From: Tubulanus polymorphus
Taxonomy: Eukaryota; Animalia; Nemertea
Assembly (NCBI RefSeq): GCF_964204645.1
Contig: NC_134035.1
Coordinates: forward strand, 13,238,451 to 13,302,450
Length of the DNA: 64,000 nt
Direction of reading: 5' to 3'
Positions 1 through 13,300 of this stretch are shown here, in pieces (the stretch's first letter is position 1; each line of letters begins with the position of its first letter). The notes beneath the pieces were generated by a model, which saw nothing but the letters and a program-made list of their open reading frames with translations, was not told the origin of the DNA and ran no database searches. Position numbers and translations under genes: made by a program.

Positions 1-1172
1 CACGCGGCGGCGGTGTGCGGCGGCGGCGGCGGTGTGCGCACGTGGCTGTGATATCAATGCGAATAAGGTATAAACAACGCCTGAGAAAGATGTTCAGATT
101 GTTTACCAGGATAATGTTCTCGGGGACCATTAGCGAGCGCATCTAATGCGTGGTGTCGTGTCTACAGTGTAAAATACAGGTTGACAAATTAATACAGTCA
201 ATATCGACTATACTACTAAACAGACCATTATCAGCAAAACGCATCATCACTAGAGTATTTACTACACGATTGGATCTCCGCGAAGAGCGTGACCTACTAA
301 CACCCAACAGCACATTCTTGCTACCAAGTTCTGAATTTTGCAGGGGTCAGTCTTATTCAAGATTTGGTTCTAATCATGGATGTCATAAACTGTCATTAAA
401 TGGTATATCTCATGGAAAAAAATCAACTTTGAGTAAAAGCTACCCACTGAGAGATATTATAAAGTATTTAGGCCTAAAAATGAACTTAACTTATCTTTTA
501 AATGGCAATCTCATAAAGAATCAACTTTGAATATACCCCTGTAAAGTACTTAGGCCTAAAAAGGAACTTTATAACTCGGAGACTAATTAAAAGTCTATCC
601 CATGAAGTGACCTTCACACACCTACGTACATACTCGGTAGTGAATCTTTCATATATCAACGAAAATGTTCGTCACATGAATATTTCAGTAATTATTCGTT
701 TGATGACGGTTTTTGTGATGTGGACGAAATGGAATATTTGATGTTGATGCGAAGCACGTGTTGTAAAGAATTTAGAAAAATAAAAACAATAGCAATTCAG
801 ATAATATTTCCGTAACTCCTTTTAATGTCGAATAAAGCAATCAAAACACATACTACCAGAGAACGAAAATTATGTCGGGAATATTTAGGATATTTCTGGT
901 GTCGGCTTTCATTTTATTAGTTTTCCCGACAGGCTTCGGCTCTGCGCATGCGTATTTCGTATCTTGTATATTTTCACGTTTTCCGGTGTCAGCCATTAAA
1001 CAAGAGTCTGAGTCGACAGAAATTTAGTCGTTGTCGTTTTCGCTCTGTTCTGTTTTAATTGTTCGTGAGCGACAAGTTCTGAGCCGAGAGAGAGAGACGA
1101 TACCGATGAGTTAATGGATAGAACATGACAATGGAAACTCTACAAGCAAATAATGGCCATCAACGGTTACCG

Positions 1173-1454
1173 CTCGGAATAGTTTCCCATAGACGAGTGA
1201 CTGTCTATATTTGAAACCTCTCGGAATAGTTTCCCATAGACGAGTGACTGTCTATATTTGAAACCTCTCGGAATAGTTTCCCATAAACGAGTGACTGTCT
1301 ATATTTGAAACCTCTCGGAATAGTTTCCCATAGACGAGTGACTGTCTATATTTGAAACCTCTCGGAATAGTTTCCCATAGACGAGTGACTGTCTATATTT
1401 GAAACCTCTCGGAATAGTTTCCCATAGACGAGTGTGACTGTCTATATTTGAAAG
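1173..1454. repeat. 47-bp tandem repeat, about 6 near-identical copies
   Basis: Unit CTCGGAATAGTTTCCCATAGACGAGTGACTGTCTATATTTGAAACCT starts at 1173, 1220, 1267, 1314, 1361 and 1408, with no spacers. Confidence 0.95.
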
Positions 1455-3880
1455 CCGACAATATCTTCCGACGATTCGACGCAAGCGAAACGAGTTATTC
1501 TCAAAGCTGTCCTGAAAATGGCTCATAACGACAGAATTCAAAGAAAATCACCTCTCACGAGCAGCAGTCCTTCATTGTCTTATGTAATACATGCGCATTG
1601 TTATCGGGTATGCGGACCACGTGCTATAGACATTATGTCAACGCCGTACTGGCGGTCAAACAATGAGTGATTAGTATAATTATATATATACCCGTAAGAA
1701 TGGTTCACCGAACTAGGTGGGACCTCACTTTGTCACATATTATATTTCACCAGCTCGGCAGGGTGTCACAAAGATGACGTCACACACATGGTCGCAATTG
1801 CCTTAATATGTTTTTTTTTTCAACTGTCGGGCGAAAATAAACCTTTTAGCTATAAGTGTAGAATATCCGATCTTAGAAATGTGCGTCAACTTAATGGTCG
1901 GATTGTAGAAGGTATATACATCGATTGGATCGGTATTTAATAAAAGGACAGAAGATATTCTGTCAAAACACATTATACAGTCTTTCATAAATAAAAACAA
2001 CACTTAACTCTAAAATGATGTAAATATTTGTCTCGGTTGAAGTCGAGGCAGTAGATATAGATAATTCAATGATCATAAGATTGAGCTGCGCGCGCAACAG
2101 GCGTGTCCGCGAACTTCCGGCGATTTACGGCTGGCGATTTCCGCGGACGGTTCATTGTCGTGAAATAAGCACTTCCGGTTTTGTGAGAGATGTCTTTTGA
2201 ATTTTTTTAGTTTACAGCCCACCCCCTCCCTCCCCTCGCTTTCATCCGCCACCTCCTCGCCACAAACCGACCGGAGCTGTAATACAGATATTACTGTGAT
2301 TTATAACTAGGAGAATTGTTGCATTTAATATCAACGATGTTGTTTTTTTCTAAACAACGGTGAAGAGATTTTGAACGCGGTTTTAAGTTTCCAATCGATC
2401 TCAGGCTAAAATCGGTTGTTGAAATCTAAACCAATCAAATAAACAGCAGGGTCAAAAGTTGAGGAGTCTACTGTAACCCATAAACTAACATCATTCACAT
2501 GATTCTGATCAATTTCTTACAAATTGTAAATTTCTAATTGGTAATTAATTACTGAGTATAGTTCTACGGGCAGGATTCCATTGCTATTTCACGAGACAGC
2601 GACGGCCGTATTTACGAATAAGGGGACCCGGATGTGAACCCATTCGTGATGCGTGAATTAATTAGAACACGTAGAAAATAATTTCTACATCAGACTGATA
2701 AGAAAGTCACAATATTCGTGCGGTATTGTTAGCTTGATTCCAGACAATTTCTCAAATCACCTCAAGTCACCCATCTTCACCCGTCAAGGAATTCGAACCC
2801 ACTACGCTAAAGCTGTTCTCCGAACCCCTTGACCTCACGAGTCATTGGAGTCGTTACTAGCCGACCAGAATCCGGTCGTACCAATCACAGCGCTTGTAAC
2901 AAACCGTCAGTAGACTTCTGTTGGTTTTCCCGTTAAATTGACCAATCAGCGAACGTTTTACCGAACAAGGAAGTATTTCGCAAATCGACATATGACGTCA
3001 CGCGCAACAGCGCCAGTAATGAAATCACGCTTCGAGAGGCCAGGGGGCTGGTGGAAGCGAGTTCGGGAGTGATACCGGACTCCTGGCAAGCGAGGATGCA
3101 AGTCACCCAATTCAAGATATCCAGAAAGAGTGCTACAGACCCAGTCCTTAATCTTGCCGCTACTATCAGGTTCCGCGATTTACACTATTCCGGAATAAGT
3201 AGAGCGTATTCTTGTCGAAACGAACGCACCGGGAGAATCCGGAATCGGTAAAGACCAATCGAAACCCACCAAACTCTCTCCACCGGCCGTTTCTAACGTA
3301 ACGTATCGTAACCTATTTCACAGTGTCGGCCATGAACTAGGTTCGAACTATAGCGACCGTGCTCGATCCCGTAGTCGACCATTTCCGGACTACAGTTCCG
3401 ACTAACTGACATTCGGATTCACTTAGTTCGACTAACTCCAATGAAAGAAGTTCGTCCTCGTCGAAACTAACGCACTAGAGGAGAATTTCACGAGTCCATT
3501 CGAAACCTGCCTTACAATAGGTTAAGCTTGAATCGCAGTCTTCGTTGACAACATGAAACCATGAAATAACTTACAGAAAAAAATTGAAATTAACGTCTTA
3601 ACATGGAACGGTAACATTAAGCTCTCAATGAGAAATATTTAAGAAACATGATTAAGCGAATTTGGTCCAAAGAATCATCAGAGATGTCATTTTGTATTTT
3701 TCCTAATGTGAGTGATCTGTTGTTCTCACAGAATCTATATCGATATTTTACAACCCACGCGGTCATATTTGTTTTCAAGGCGGAAAAAATGGCCGACTTT
3801 TAAATCTATTTTTCGTGTTTTGATGGTAAGAATGCTTAGAATGGTAAGAATCGATTAGGTTTGTCGTCGAACTGATAAAC

Positions 3881-4057
3881 CGACAGGCAAACCGACAGAC
3901 AGACAGACAGACACCAGACAGACAGACACACACACACACACAGACAGACTCCCAGATAGACGGACAAACCGGCAGACAGACGCACAGGCCGACAGACAGA
4001 CACACAGACAGACTGACACTCGACAGACAGACTCACACACAGACCGACAGACAGACA
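3881..4057. repeat. Compound (CAGA)n/(CA)n microsatellite
   Basis: Runs of acagacagac and cacacaca. They account for the spurious Cys/Val-rich minus-strand ORFs at 3775-4150. Confidence 0.9.
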
Positions 4058-4898
4058 AATTAAAATCGAATTGCGTTTAAACCTTGGAGACTTTTGCGGA
4101 ATAGATAAAAGCAAAAAACGACGACGAAAATCTTTCTCAACAAATCCCACATAGTTACCGGAATTTGAAACTTTTCAATCCTTAAGCCGTCGCTGCACTT
4201 TCGCCATCGAGAGAAATATTTACAGATTTGAGTGATCGATGATCTCGGTCAAAGGCTGAATTCCACGTCACTCAAAAAAAGAAGCGCTATCGGTAGTTTA
4301 ACGTATTGATGAACCCATGTAGAGTTCAATACGACCCCTAGCGGAGGAATGGATAATTAGTTTAGACCGTCGGGTGAGGATTATCTGATCATAAACGCTA
4401 CAGCTACATCTGAGAGTTCAGGGTTAGCCCTGTGTGAACCTAGGGGGGTCTGCGAAGCGATGACCATGGGACTGCTTCCACAAAGTGTTAATGCTATAAC
4501 CGTACTGAAAGGTCGCGTATTAATTACACGTCAACTTTTGGACGGGTATCGCGACGTGTAGCGGACATTTAGACGGGTTCCCGCTGATACAATTATCTAA
4601 TGTCAAAATATCTTGAAAATGACTTCCGCAATATTGTATAATAATTAGATGAACCTAGTGTTCAGGATTTTAATGAATGCCATGATCGTATTTTGTGTAA
4701 AATTGTACCTCATCGGGCGAGGCTGTATATTTCCATACAGACATTACGTGACTGGGCGAAACCTGATATTGATCCCAGAATTCAGAGTCCAACAAATGAA
4801 AACCCACAGTTGATATTAAAACGTTTATTGTCTGACAGTTTTGTTCATACAAACTCCATCATCAGAAAAACCAGATCTTCAAGAACGAATTCTGTAAA

Positions 4899-5000
4899 TT
4901 CGATCGCTGATCGCACTGTCTATTATATATGTATTCGATATCAAAATCGAACCCCTGTTTCGCTCCCGGCAGGTGTGTGGTGGGTTTGTATCGAGGACAC
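4899..5000 (+). repeat. Dispersed repeat; inverted copy at ~9036-9140 and a degenerate copy at ~13030-13112
   Basis: cgatcgctgatcgcac...aacccctgtttcgctcccggcaggtgtgtggtgggtttgta matches the reverse complement of cagacccaccacacctgtcgggagcgaaacagggg...gtgtgatcagcggtcga. Confidence 0.75.
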
Positions 5001-7535
5001 ACAACATATTCAAATCAATCAAATATTAATGATGGATCGGAAAATCATCCATATTTCCGGATCTGATTTTTTTCCTGAGTTTAACGTTACTGAACGCGTG
5101 ACCGAGTGGGTCAGTAATCGCCTGTTTCTGCTATTCTAATGCGCTCTTTGTAAATATATTCTCGCTAGTCTGACTCGCACCACACTGTCTTCTCCTGGAA
5201 TTTATATGATTCGAATCGTCTTTTATCGTTTTCAACCCGTAATTACTTTTTCAACTTGTTGCTCAACTCGGTAGGATATAAACGTAAGCGTTCCGCTAGA
5301 ATAAGACCCGGAATTATTTTCGTGGAATTAATATGATTTGTTGCTATCGATATCCCCGGGCCATTGAAGTCACCGTCATATTTTATCTTCCTTTGACATT
5401 TTTATTTAGCTTTAAGCTCTGCATATATACGCGTTACTTAAAAACATTCCTAAATTAATTCGCAGAAACTAATCCTTCCCTCAGCAGATCGGGACGACAG
5501 ATGAAAGGCGCCAATTGCAAAAGCGCCACGGGTTGCGTTGTGAGCTTTGAACAGTGATCTGGGGGTCTCTGAAATACGGTATCAGTCGAAATGCCATCAC
5601 ACTCTCACAATCTACCAATTAGATGGGACGTATCATACAAACACGGTGACTTGTAACACTCATTATGATTGGTTCGTAATACTGGTATTTTGAATACCGG
5701 CATGCATACGAACCGATCCAGAAAAGAGAAGAAATATCTTCACCCGACCGAAAAATCAGTTTGCGGGGAGGGGAAGAGATCTTCTACCCGTCCAGAGGGA
5801 ATAATGCATGGCATTCTAAGACATCATCATTATCAAAAATATATCAGTTGAGGAATATCTTTCTATCGTCGAGCGGTCCATGTGTTGTCCACCTACAAGT
5901 CTCGTCAATGGTTCATTCCATCATCCGGGTCGTCGACTCATTTCTCGAAAAACGTGTTCGCATATTCACTATTTGTTTTAATTCTCATCGAACAACAATC
6001 GAAAACCGATTAAAGCGATAAGTCTGAAGAGGCCGTCTTGTGAAATTTCTCCCGTTATATGCCACGGCACGTCATAATCATAACGGTTAAATCACGATAT
6101 TTGAAATTCAAATCGTTCCATGCAAATCGCGCTGACGATTTAAACGGATTTCGATAATTGCTCGAGTCAATATGTACGATCCGGTCGTCCCTGAAGTTGA
6201 CCGCTTAGAATCGACGTCCAAAAAGCTCGCAACTTTCACCAATCTGAGAAATGATTGACGGTAGGAAATGTGGACGATGGACTTCGCCTCATCTCTGCGC
6301 ACTACAACTGCAGTATTCGGAAACATGGTCCCGGGTCCTGTTGAGCCACGGAGCCAAGGATTTACCGAAACGGGAAAACGGGAAACGATGCGAAGGGAAA
6401 GTGTGGCCACTGACCATCGCGTATATCACTGTACAGAATAGAATGTTACCGCACAAAGTCATCAAGACATCGAATCGTGATTGAATAAATGCTTGTGACG
6501 ACGAGTTCGACTTCTACACAACTTACACAGCTTGACCAAGATAAACACTGTTACAAACGCGTAATTAGCGCCAACTAATTGTATAAACGACTCCCCTTGT
6601 AACAGCTCTCTGAAATTTACTAATTAGATTCCACTCACACACACAACGGCACAGTATATGAACCCTAAACTTCAGCAGATATTTCTATCTTAATGACTCT
6701 CTCACTCTCTCTCTCTCCTCCCTCTCCGGTAAGGAGACGAGCGTATGTGTCAATTCTAATGATCAAAATCAAGTAATTCCAGTAGTGAGATGACACCTGA
6801 GGGATCACAGTAATCTATCATAGACCCGAGGATCAGTGTAGCACATGTGGCTCAAAAGTTCAAAATTTCTTATATCAAAAGACAGGTCTTATATAACATG
6901 GTAACTCAGTAGCTGAGCGGTAGATGAACTAAAGACTCAGCAAATACGTAACCACGAAAACACACCAAACCCACGTCCACGCTAAACCTAAAGGCATATA
7001 AATACATTATGCTGAATATTGCTTTTTAAACCCGAAATTGAATTTGGCTCAAGATAATGTTATGAGTGACATTTTGCTTTAAAGAATTCACCGATATTTA
7101 ACATAAAGCTCCATAAAATGACAAACTGATAACGTAAGCGATAAGAAGAGTAAATTGTGCATTAACTTTCGGTATTCTGGTGTGTGAAACTGGGCCAGCG
7201 AACAAAACCTGGTGTAAACCGTCGGTCAATAAGAACAATGTCGTTAAGTTGTTGGTATCTATGATAACGTTTCACGTAGGAAAATTCACTACGGAATTTG
7301 TATACGAATTATTTTACCCCTTAAAGATCAAGTGCAGTAAAAAGATCGTATGATTGTTATTTATGTATTTCGTTATAAGTATCAATTCTAATTTCATTCC
7401 CCTCAAAGACGACAAATTGCGTAGAGACTTGATTCACAAAATATACCAAGTACCTTTCAAATTATCATTTGAAAGATATTTTTTGCTTCTTGTAGTTTTA
7501 TGAAGACGAGATGAAAAGAAACAGAGCGTACGTAC

Positions 7536-7825
7536 CTGGTATTTACGATAGAGCAGTGACCGCGGGTGTGATTGCTTTAGAGGCTGATGTTCCGAAGAGT
7601 CTCTTCTCTTGTCGCTGATGTATTACAGCAACCACTCAAACTCTTGTCGATTCAAGATAGAAAAAACTTCTTTTTGTGTTCAAATGTTAACCGTCAAACC
7701 GCTTTATATTCCTGATAATATCGAAATCTAGTTTACTCGCTGAATGACGTCGGAAAAGTGTTAAACGTTATGGCGCATGTTCTCTCGCGACTGTCTGAGT
7801 TTGGCTAAGAGACACGGCGACAAAT
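7536..7825 (-). other. Putative non-coding first exon/promoter of a divergent minus-strand gene; block re-used in the GULO duplication units
   Basis: Good minus-strand donor CCAG|GTACGT at 7536/7535. The block is repeated at ~9911-10146, ~18318-18596 and ~23561-23901. A candidate acceptor TCTTTCTCAG| lies at 81/80. Confidence 0.4.
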
Positions 7826-9748
7826 GTTCGAGCAATTTAAGTTCCCAATCAGAGTTTGCAAGACGCAAGTTTTGTGACAAAGCGAGTGGCGGTAACGGTA
7901 GCTAGCGTAGAGACGCGTAGACGGCTTGTTGCATCCCGTGTGTGACGTCACAGCGCGCACAGTCCACACGCAGCGGTAAGGTTTGACCTAACCAAAGAAA
8001 TAAGGGCCATCCCTAAACTATATGAACAAGGGTGGATCCGGGGGCTAATTATCAGGGGTGGATCCAGCTTACTTCTACTCTGCTGGAGCGGTACTCACGT
8101 GTGTAGTGCCCATCTATTTTCAAGTTCTGGCACGAGACATTTAAAATGGCAATCGAAAATGGGTAAACCTCTTATCTTAAATGAATAATTTTTAATTAAC
8201 AGGTTAAAACTTCATATTTTCTGGATGCAAAGAAGGATTTGATGCCCCAAATCGACTCAGATTGCATCAATCCCTGATTTTTTATGACATTATGTTCCCT
8301 TCCATAGCTGAACAGCACTCAGAAACCTAGGCTAGATGCGCCTCTGAACTTGTCAAATCCCAAAAGGGCACTTTGATGTCTAAAATGGCAGATGAAATAC
8401 AGGCTCTCATCTTGGAGTAATCATTGAATTACTCCAAGCTCTCATCGACCCAGCCAGGAGCCAGGATTTGTTAAGAATGGGTCCATATTCTGGCACGTGG
8501 ATAAGACACACAAGGGCTCAAAGTTAATTTCATGGTCAATTTTGATTCCATAGGATTTTTTTATCGACCTTCATTAACCCGCGTTATATCATCGAAACTA
8601 TATCAAATTGCACTTTACCGCGTGACCCTGTACGTAAATAGATCTTCGTCTAGATTCGAGGGTGACATTAATGTTCATATGAATGTATATATAGTATTCG
8701 AGGTCGAAGCGGGGGTTAGAATTCCACCTGTCATCGACGAATTGATCAGAAATTCTGGCGATATCGATTTTAAAGGTTTCATTCAGGAAGTTCTGTATCA
8801 ATTAAACCAATCAGCGACATCACGGAAACCATTAGAAAGCGGACGATGATTAACGAATGAATGGTCGCCTCCGACGAGCTCAATTTCACGTGTTATATAA
8901 CGTATCCTATTTATGTAATCATTATTTTCTTATCGCTATCAAAACAACTGTTCCATTTTTATCTTAAAATAGGGATTGTCCCTATGTTATTTATTTGATT
9001 AGTAAATTTCGTTAGACTTTCTTTTTTTTGATTGAGTGCTCCTTACAGACCCACCACACCTGTCGGGAGCGAAACAGGGGGTTTGATTTCGAAATCGGAA
9101 ATCGAAGTACAGATATAGTTGTGTGATCAGCGGTCGAGTTTATAAAAGTTTTTTGTTTAAATCGAAGTACCGATATAATTGGAAAATTCGGTTCCAGATC
9201 ACTCAAACAATCTGGCAAGCGACTGATTGGGGTCAACTTCCTTGGCTGCCTAATCTAAAACATCGATATTTTGGAAGTAGCTATATTGCAAGGTTGAAGA
9301 TCATTTCGTCCATTTTATATTTTTGGTCGTTTTCTACGTGTAAATCCGTAGTCCGATTGTTTATTTTAGTTTTTTCTCGGGTAGATGTTTATGTAGAAGT
9401 GCTCTAAGTTGATCGCCCCGCGTGTTGACTAGATTAAAGGAAGCACATTTCGAAATGCACAGTCCAAGGTCCGTTCCACTAGTACATAACACACCGGCGC
9501 TGATCACAGATAGACCTTGGAGTAATAAGTCTGATTCCAAGGATAGACAGACCAGACAGCAGCTGTCGATGATAACACTTACAAAAAACGGATTTCATAT
9601 TGACGCAAAAGATTCTATTACTCCGTCCTATTATTCACACTGTATAGTATATTGTATGCGTGCACGACGCTGGTGCGTTCATCGTAGATGATTCGAAATT
9701 GAAATAAAAATCGGATTATTCAAACACGTGTTTATAGAGACTGATAAA

Positions 9749-9856
9749 ATGACGATCGAAAAACGCGATGACTTCTATTTTGAGAACTGGTCGCGAACGT
9801 TTTCGTGTCGTCCTGAATTATATTTCACACCAGAAAATGAAGACCAGCTCAAACAG
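9749..9856 (+). other. GULO: Orphan duplicate of GULO exon 1 (alternative first exon or relic)
   Basis: ATG at 9749 gives [36 protein letters not shown], ending in an intact phase-0 donor CAG|GTAT and the start of intron 1. The sequence then jumps back into the promoter block at ~9911. Confidence 0.85.
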
Positions 9857-10354
9857 GTATATGTAATGTAGGCTCAACATTGTGATTATTTTTCTTGTAG
9901 AACCTTACAGAACTCTTGTCGATTGTAGATAGAAAAAACATTTTTTGTTACAACCACTCAAACTCTGTCGATTGAAGAAAGAAAAAACGTATTTTCTTTT
10001 GTTCAAATGTCAACCGTCAAACCGCTTTATATTCCTGTTAATATCGAAACTAGATTTACTCGCTGAACGACGTCGGAAAAGTGTTAAAAGTAATGGCGCA
10101 TGTTCTCTCGCGACTGTCTGAGTTTGGCTGAGAGACACAGCGACAAAAATTCGAAATTCAATTCTCCGTTTTAGAAGTGCATAGTTTATGTAAAATTTTT
10201 ATGTAACCGGATTTCATATTGAGGCCGCCGCATTTGTATTCCGTCGGTGGGAACTAACACTGGTATACTATATTGTGTGTGCACGAAATTGAAATAAATC
10301 ATCGGATAAAAGATCGGATTATTCAATGACGTGTTTCTAGCGACTGACGATAAA

Positions 10355-13300
10355 ATGGCGGCGATGGTCGAAATGACGGGCGAAAAATGCGATGACTTCT
10401 ATTTTGAGAACTGGTCGCGAACGTTTTCGTGTCGTCCTGAATTATATTTCACACCAGAAAATGAAGACCAACTCAAACAGGTATGTAATGTATGTAAGGC
10501 GGGTTTCAATTAGTCCCTTTAGATTCTGGAATCGTCCAAATACAATCTACCAATTCTGGATATAAGGTAATCGGGCTGGAACGCCTTAAACTAGATTAGT
10601 TTTATACGGCCATTGTCTGAAGCGGTCGGTAGAGAGTCTGGCAGGTTATGATTGGTCTCAACAGTTTCTGAACCAGAATGCACTCTCTACCTATTCCGCG
10701 ATTTCATAAACCGTAAACCTTATAGAAGCAACCGGTAGAGATTTTGATAGGTTTTTAATGGTTCGCACCGTTCTGGATTTCTTCTGACGCGTTCGTTTTA
10801 ACCAGAATACAAGTTCTACCTATTCGGGAATAGCGCAAATCTGTAAACCTGATAGAAGCGGCCGGTATATTGAAGCAAATGAAACAAACAACGAGGTGCT
10901 TTTGAAATAGACTCGAGTCTAAGCACCGAATAGTCTATGAGTTTTTCTCCATAATCGTGGTTTTGATCTTCAAAACGCAGCACACCGAATGTACTCTAAG
11001 CTCACGCCGAGGGCTATTCGCAAATTAAAACAGATATAAATCTTTAGACGTTAATTAGTTAAACAAATATTGTGGTGAAATGAACTCTGTCGGGATAAGT
11101 TACGACACTATCGAACTGAGTCACAAAAATGTACTACTTATCAATTATTTAACTGTAGTAAAGGACCCTGTTCCAGAACTGTGGAACTGAGTCCAGAACC
11201 GTGGAACTGAGTCCAGAACTGTGGAACTGAGTCCAGAACTGTGGAACTGAGTCCAGAACTGTGGAACTGAGTACAGAACTGTGGAACTGAGTCCAGAACT
11301 GTGGAACTGACTCCAGAACTGTGGAACTGAGTCCAGAACTGTGGAACTGAGTCCAGAACTGTGGAACTGAGTACAGAACTGTGGAACTGAGTCCAGAACT
11401 GTGGAACTGAGTCCAGAACTGTGGAACTGAGTCCAGAACTGTGGAACTGAGTACAGAACTGTGGAACTGAGTCCAGAACTGTGGAACTGAGTCCAGAACT
11501 GTGGAACTGAGTACAGAACTGTGGAACTGAGTCCAGAACTGTGGAACTGAGTCCAGAACTGTGGAACTGAGTCCAGAACTGTGGAACTGAGTACAGAACT
11601 GTGGAACTGAGTCCAGAACTGTGGAACTGAGTACAGAACTGTGGAACTGAGTCCAGAACTGTGAAACTGGAACCTGAACTGTGGATCTGGGTTCAGGACT
11701 GTGGATCTGAGTCCAGAACTGTGGAACTGGAACCTGAACTGTGGATCTGGGTTCAGGACTGTGGATCTGAGTCCAGAACTGTGGAACTGAGTCCAGAACT
11801 GTGGAACTGGAACCTGAACTGTGGATCTGGGTTCAGGACTGTAGATCTGAGTCCAGAACTGTGGAACTGAGTCCACAACAGTGGAACTGGATTTCTTATT
11901 TTGTATGATGTATGTAGTCTAGTACAACACCCACTTAAAAATACCACTGATAAACAAATATCATTGGGAACTAAATATGATTAGAACATTTGGAGACAAA
12001 ATTGATAAAAACCTAATCCAAATTTTGTATCTAAGGCGGCCAGCCTTGCAAGGATTCGATCTCGGACCTCTAGTCTATAATGCAGTGGTCTCAACCATTC
12101 GGCCAAGCTGACCGGTGTGATTGCTGACGTGCTCGACTGGAATTCATAGAGTGGAATCTCCAGTGACGTCATTATTCATTTGAATGGGAATCTCCTCATG
12201 TATGTCCCACAACTATCCATCCAGAACAGAACAACCAATCAATTCTAGAATCACAGTCCCCTTTATTAAAACAAATAAAACAACTAATCTAATCTCGAAA
12301 TCGTATCGAATACTTGTTGTTTGCGACAAAGTCACATGCAGACAAATATTGACCGTATTGAAAATGTTGTGTGGAAATCTTGAGTACTCGCGGTACTCAA
12401 GATCCGCCAATCTGGTAAAAAACTATGGACCTCGGTCCAAATTTACGGGATAAATGGTTTAAACATTGTGATTATTTTTCTTGTAGAACCTTACAGAACT
12501 TTATACAGATATTGTTTAAATTTATTTCTATATAACAGATATTAAGGTTAGCAGTTGACGAAGGCAGGACTGTTAAAGTGGTCGGACTGGGTCGATCGCC
12601 CTCCGATATCGCTTGTACCAATGAATACATGATATCTCTACAAAAATTCGATCGAGTCGTTGAAGTAAGTTAGAAAATCTGTGAACTGTAGACATTTCAA
12701 GCCTTTAAAACCTGGAGAAAATAAATAATCTGGTCTCGAGGGAAGATTTCTGAGAATCCAGTAAGAACTCCATCCCCGAATAACAGTTTCATTAGTGATA
12801 TAAACACGAGCACATAAACGCCTATATCATCACAAAACTGATGAAACTTTAATGAAATGTTAATTCACTCCCTGAAACGACTTTACTTATATATTTCAGT
12901 TCATCAGTATTTGATCGTGCCAAAATATGAAATACTCGATTTTCTTTTTCATTTTAAGGGATAAATATCCTTCTCATTTATTTCATTGAATTATTTTTGT
13001 GTTTTGATTTATCCTGATTTGGTGAGTTCCTTCAGAAATTCACCAGTCACACACCTACCGCTAACGAAACAGAATATTTCATTTTCTAAATCGGAAATCG
13101 AAGTACAGATAATATTAGAACTTGTAGATACATCTGACACGTGATAAATAAGACAGTGTCAGACATCTTATCGTTTACAGTTTGAGTACATATTAACAAC
13201 ATGAATGTGTCTAGTCATGTGACAAACACTATCATATTTAAATACTATCACGTATGACATGTTTTTATTTTTCTCTTATAACAGATTGATAATGAGAAGT

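Noticed and set aside
1173-1454. CRISPR-like regular repeat
   Set aside because: Units are head-to-tail with no unique spacers, there are no cas genes, and the context is eukaryotic.
3775-4150. Cys/Val-rich minus-strand ORFs
   Set aside because: They are translations of the CAGA/CA microsatellite.
4693-6484. ORFs of 60-148 aa (e.g. 4693-5139, 6108-6410)
   Set aside because: No recognisable motifs, mostly non-ATG starts and no convincing exon chain; one overlaps a dispersed repeat.
11145-11876. 243-aa repetitive ORF
   Set aside because: It is a by-product of a stop-free 20-bp minisatellite, antisense within an intron.
12038-12113. Functional tRNA gene
   Set aside because: The anticodon and T stems do not pair and the B-box is degenerate; treated as a pseudo-tRNA or SINE head.
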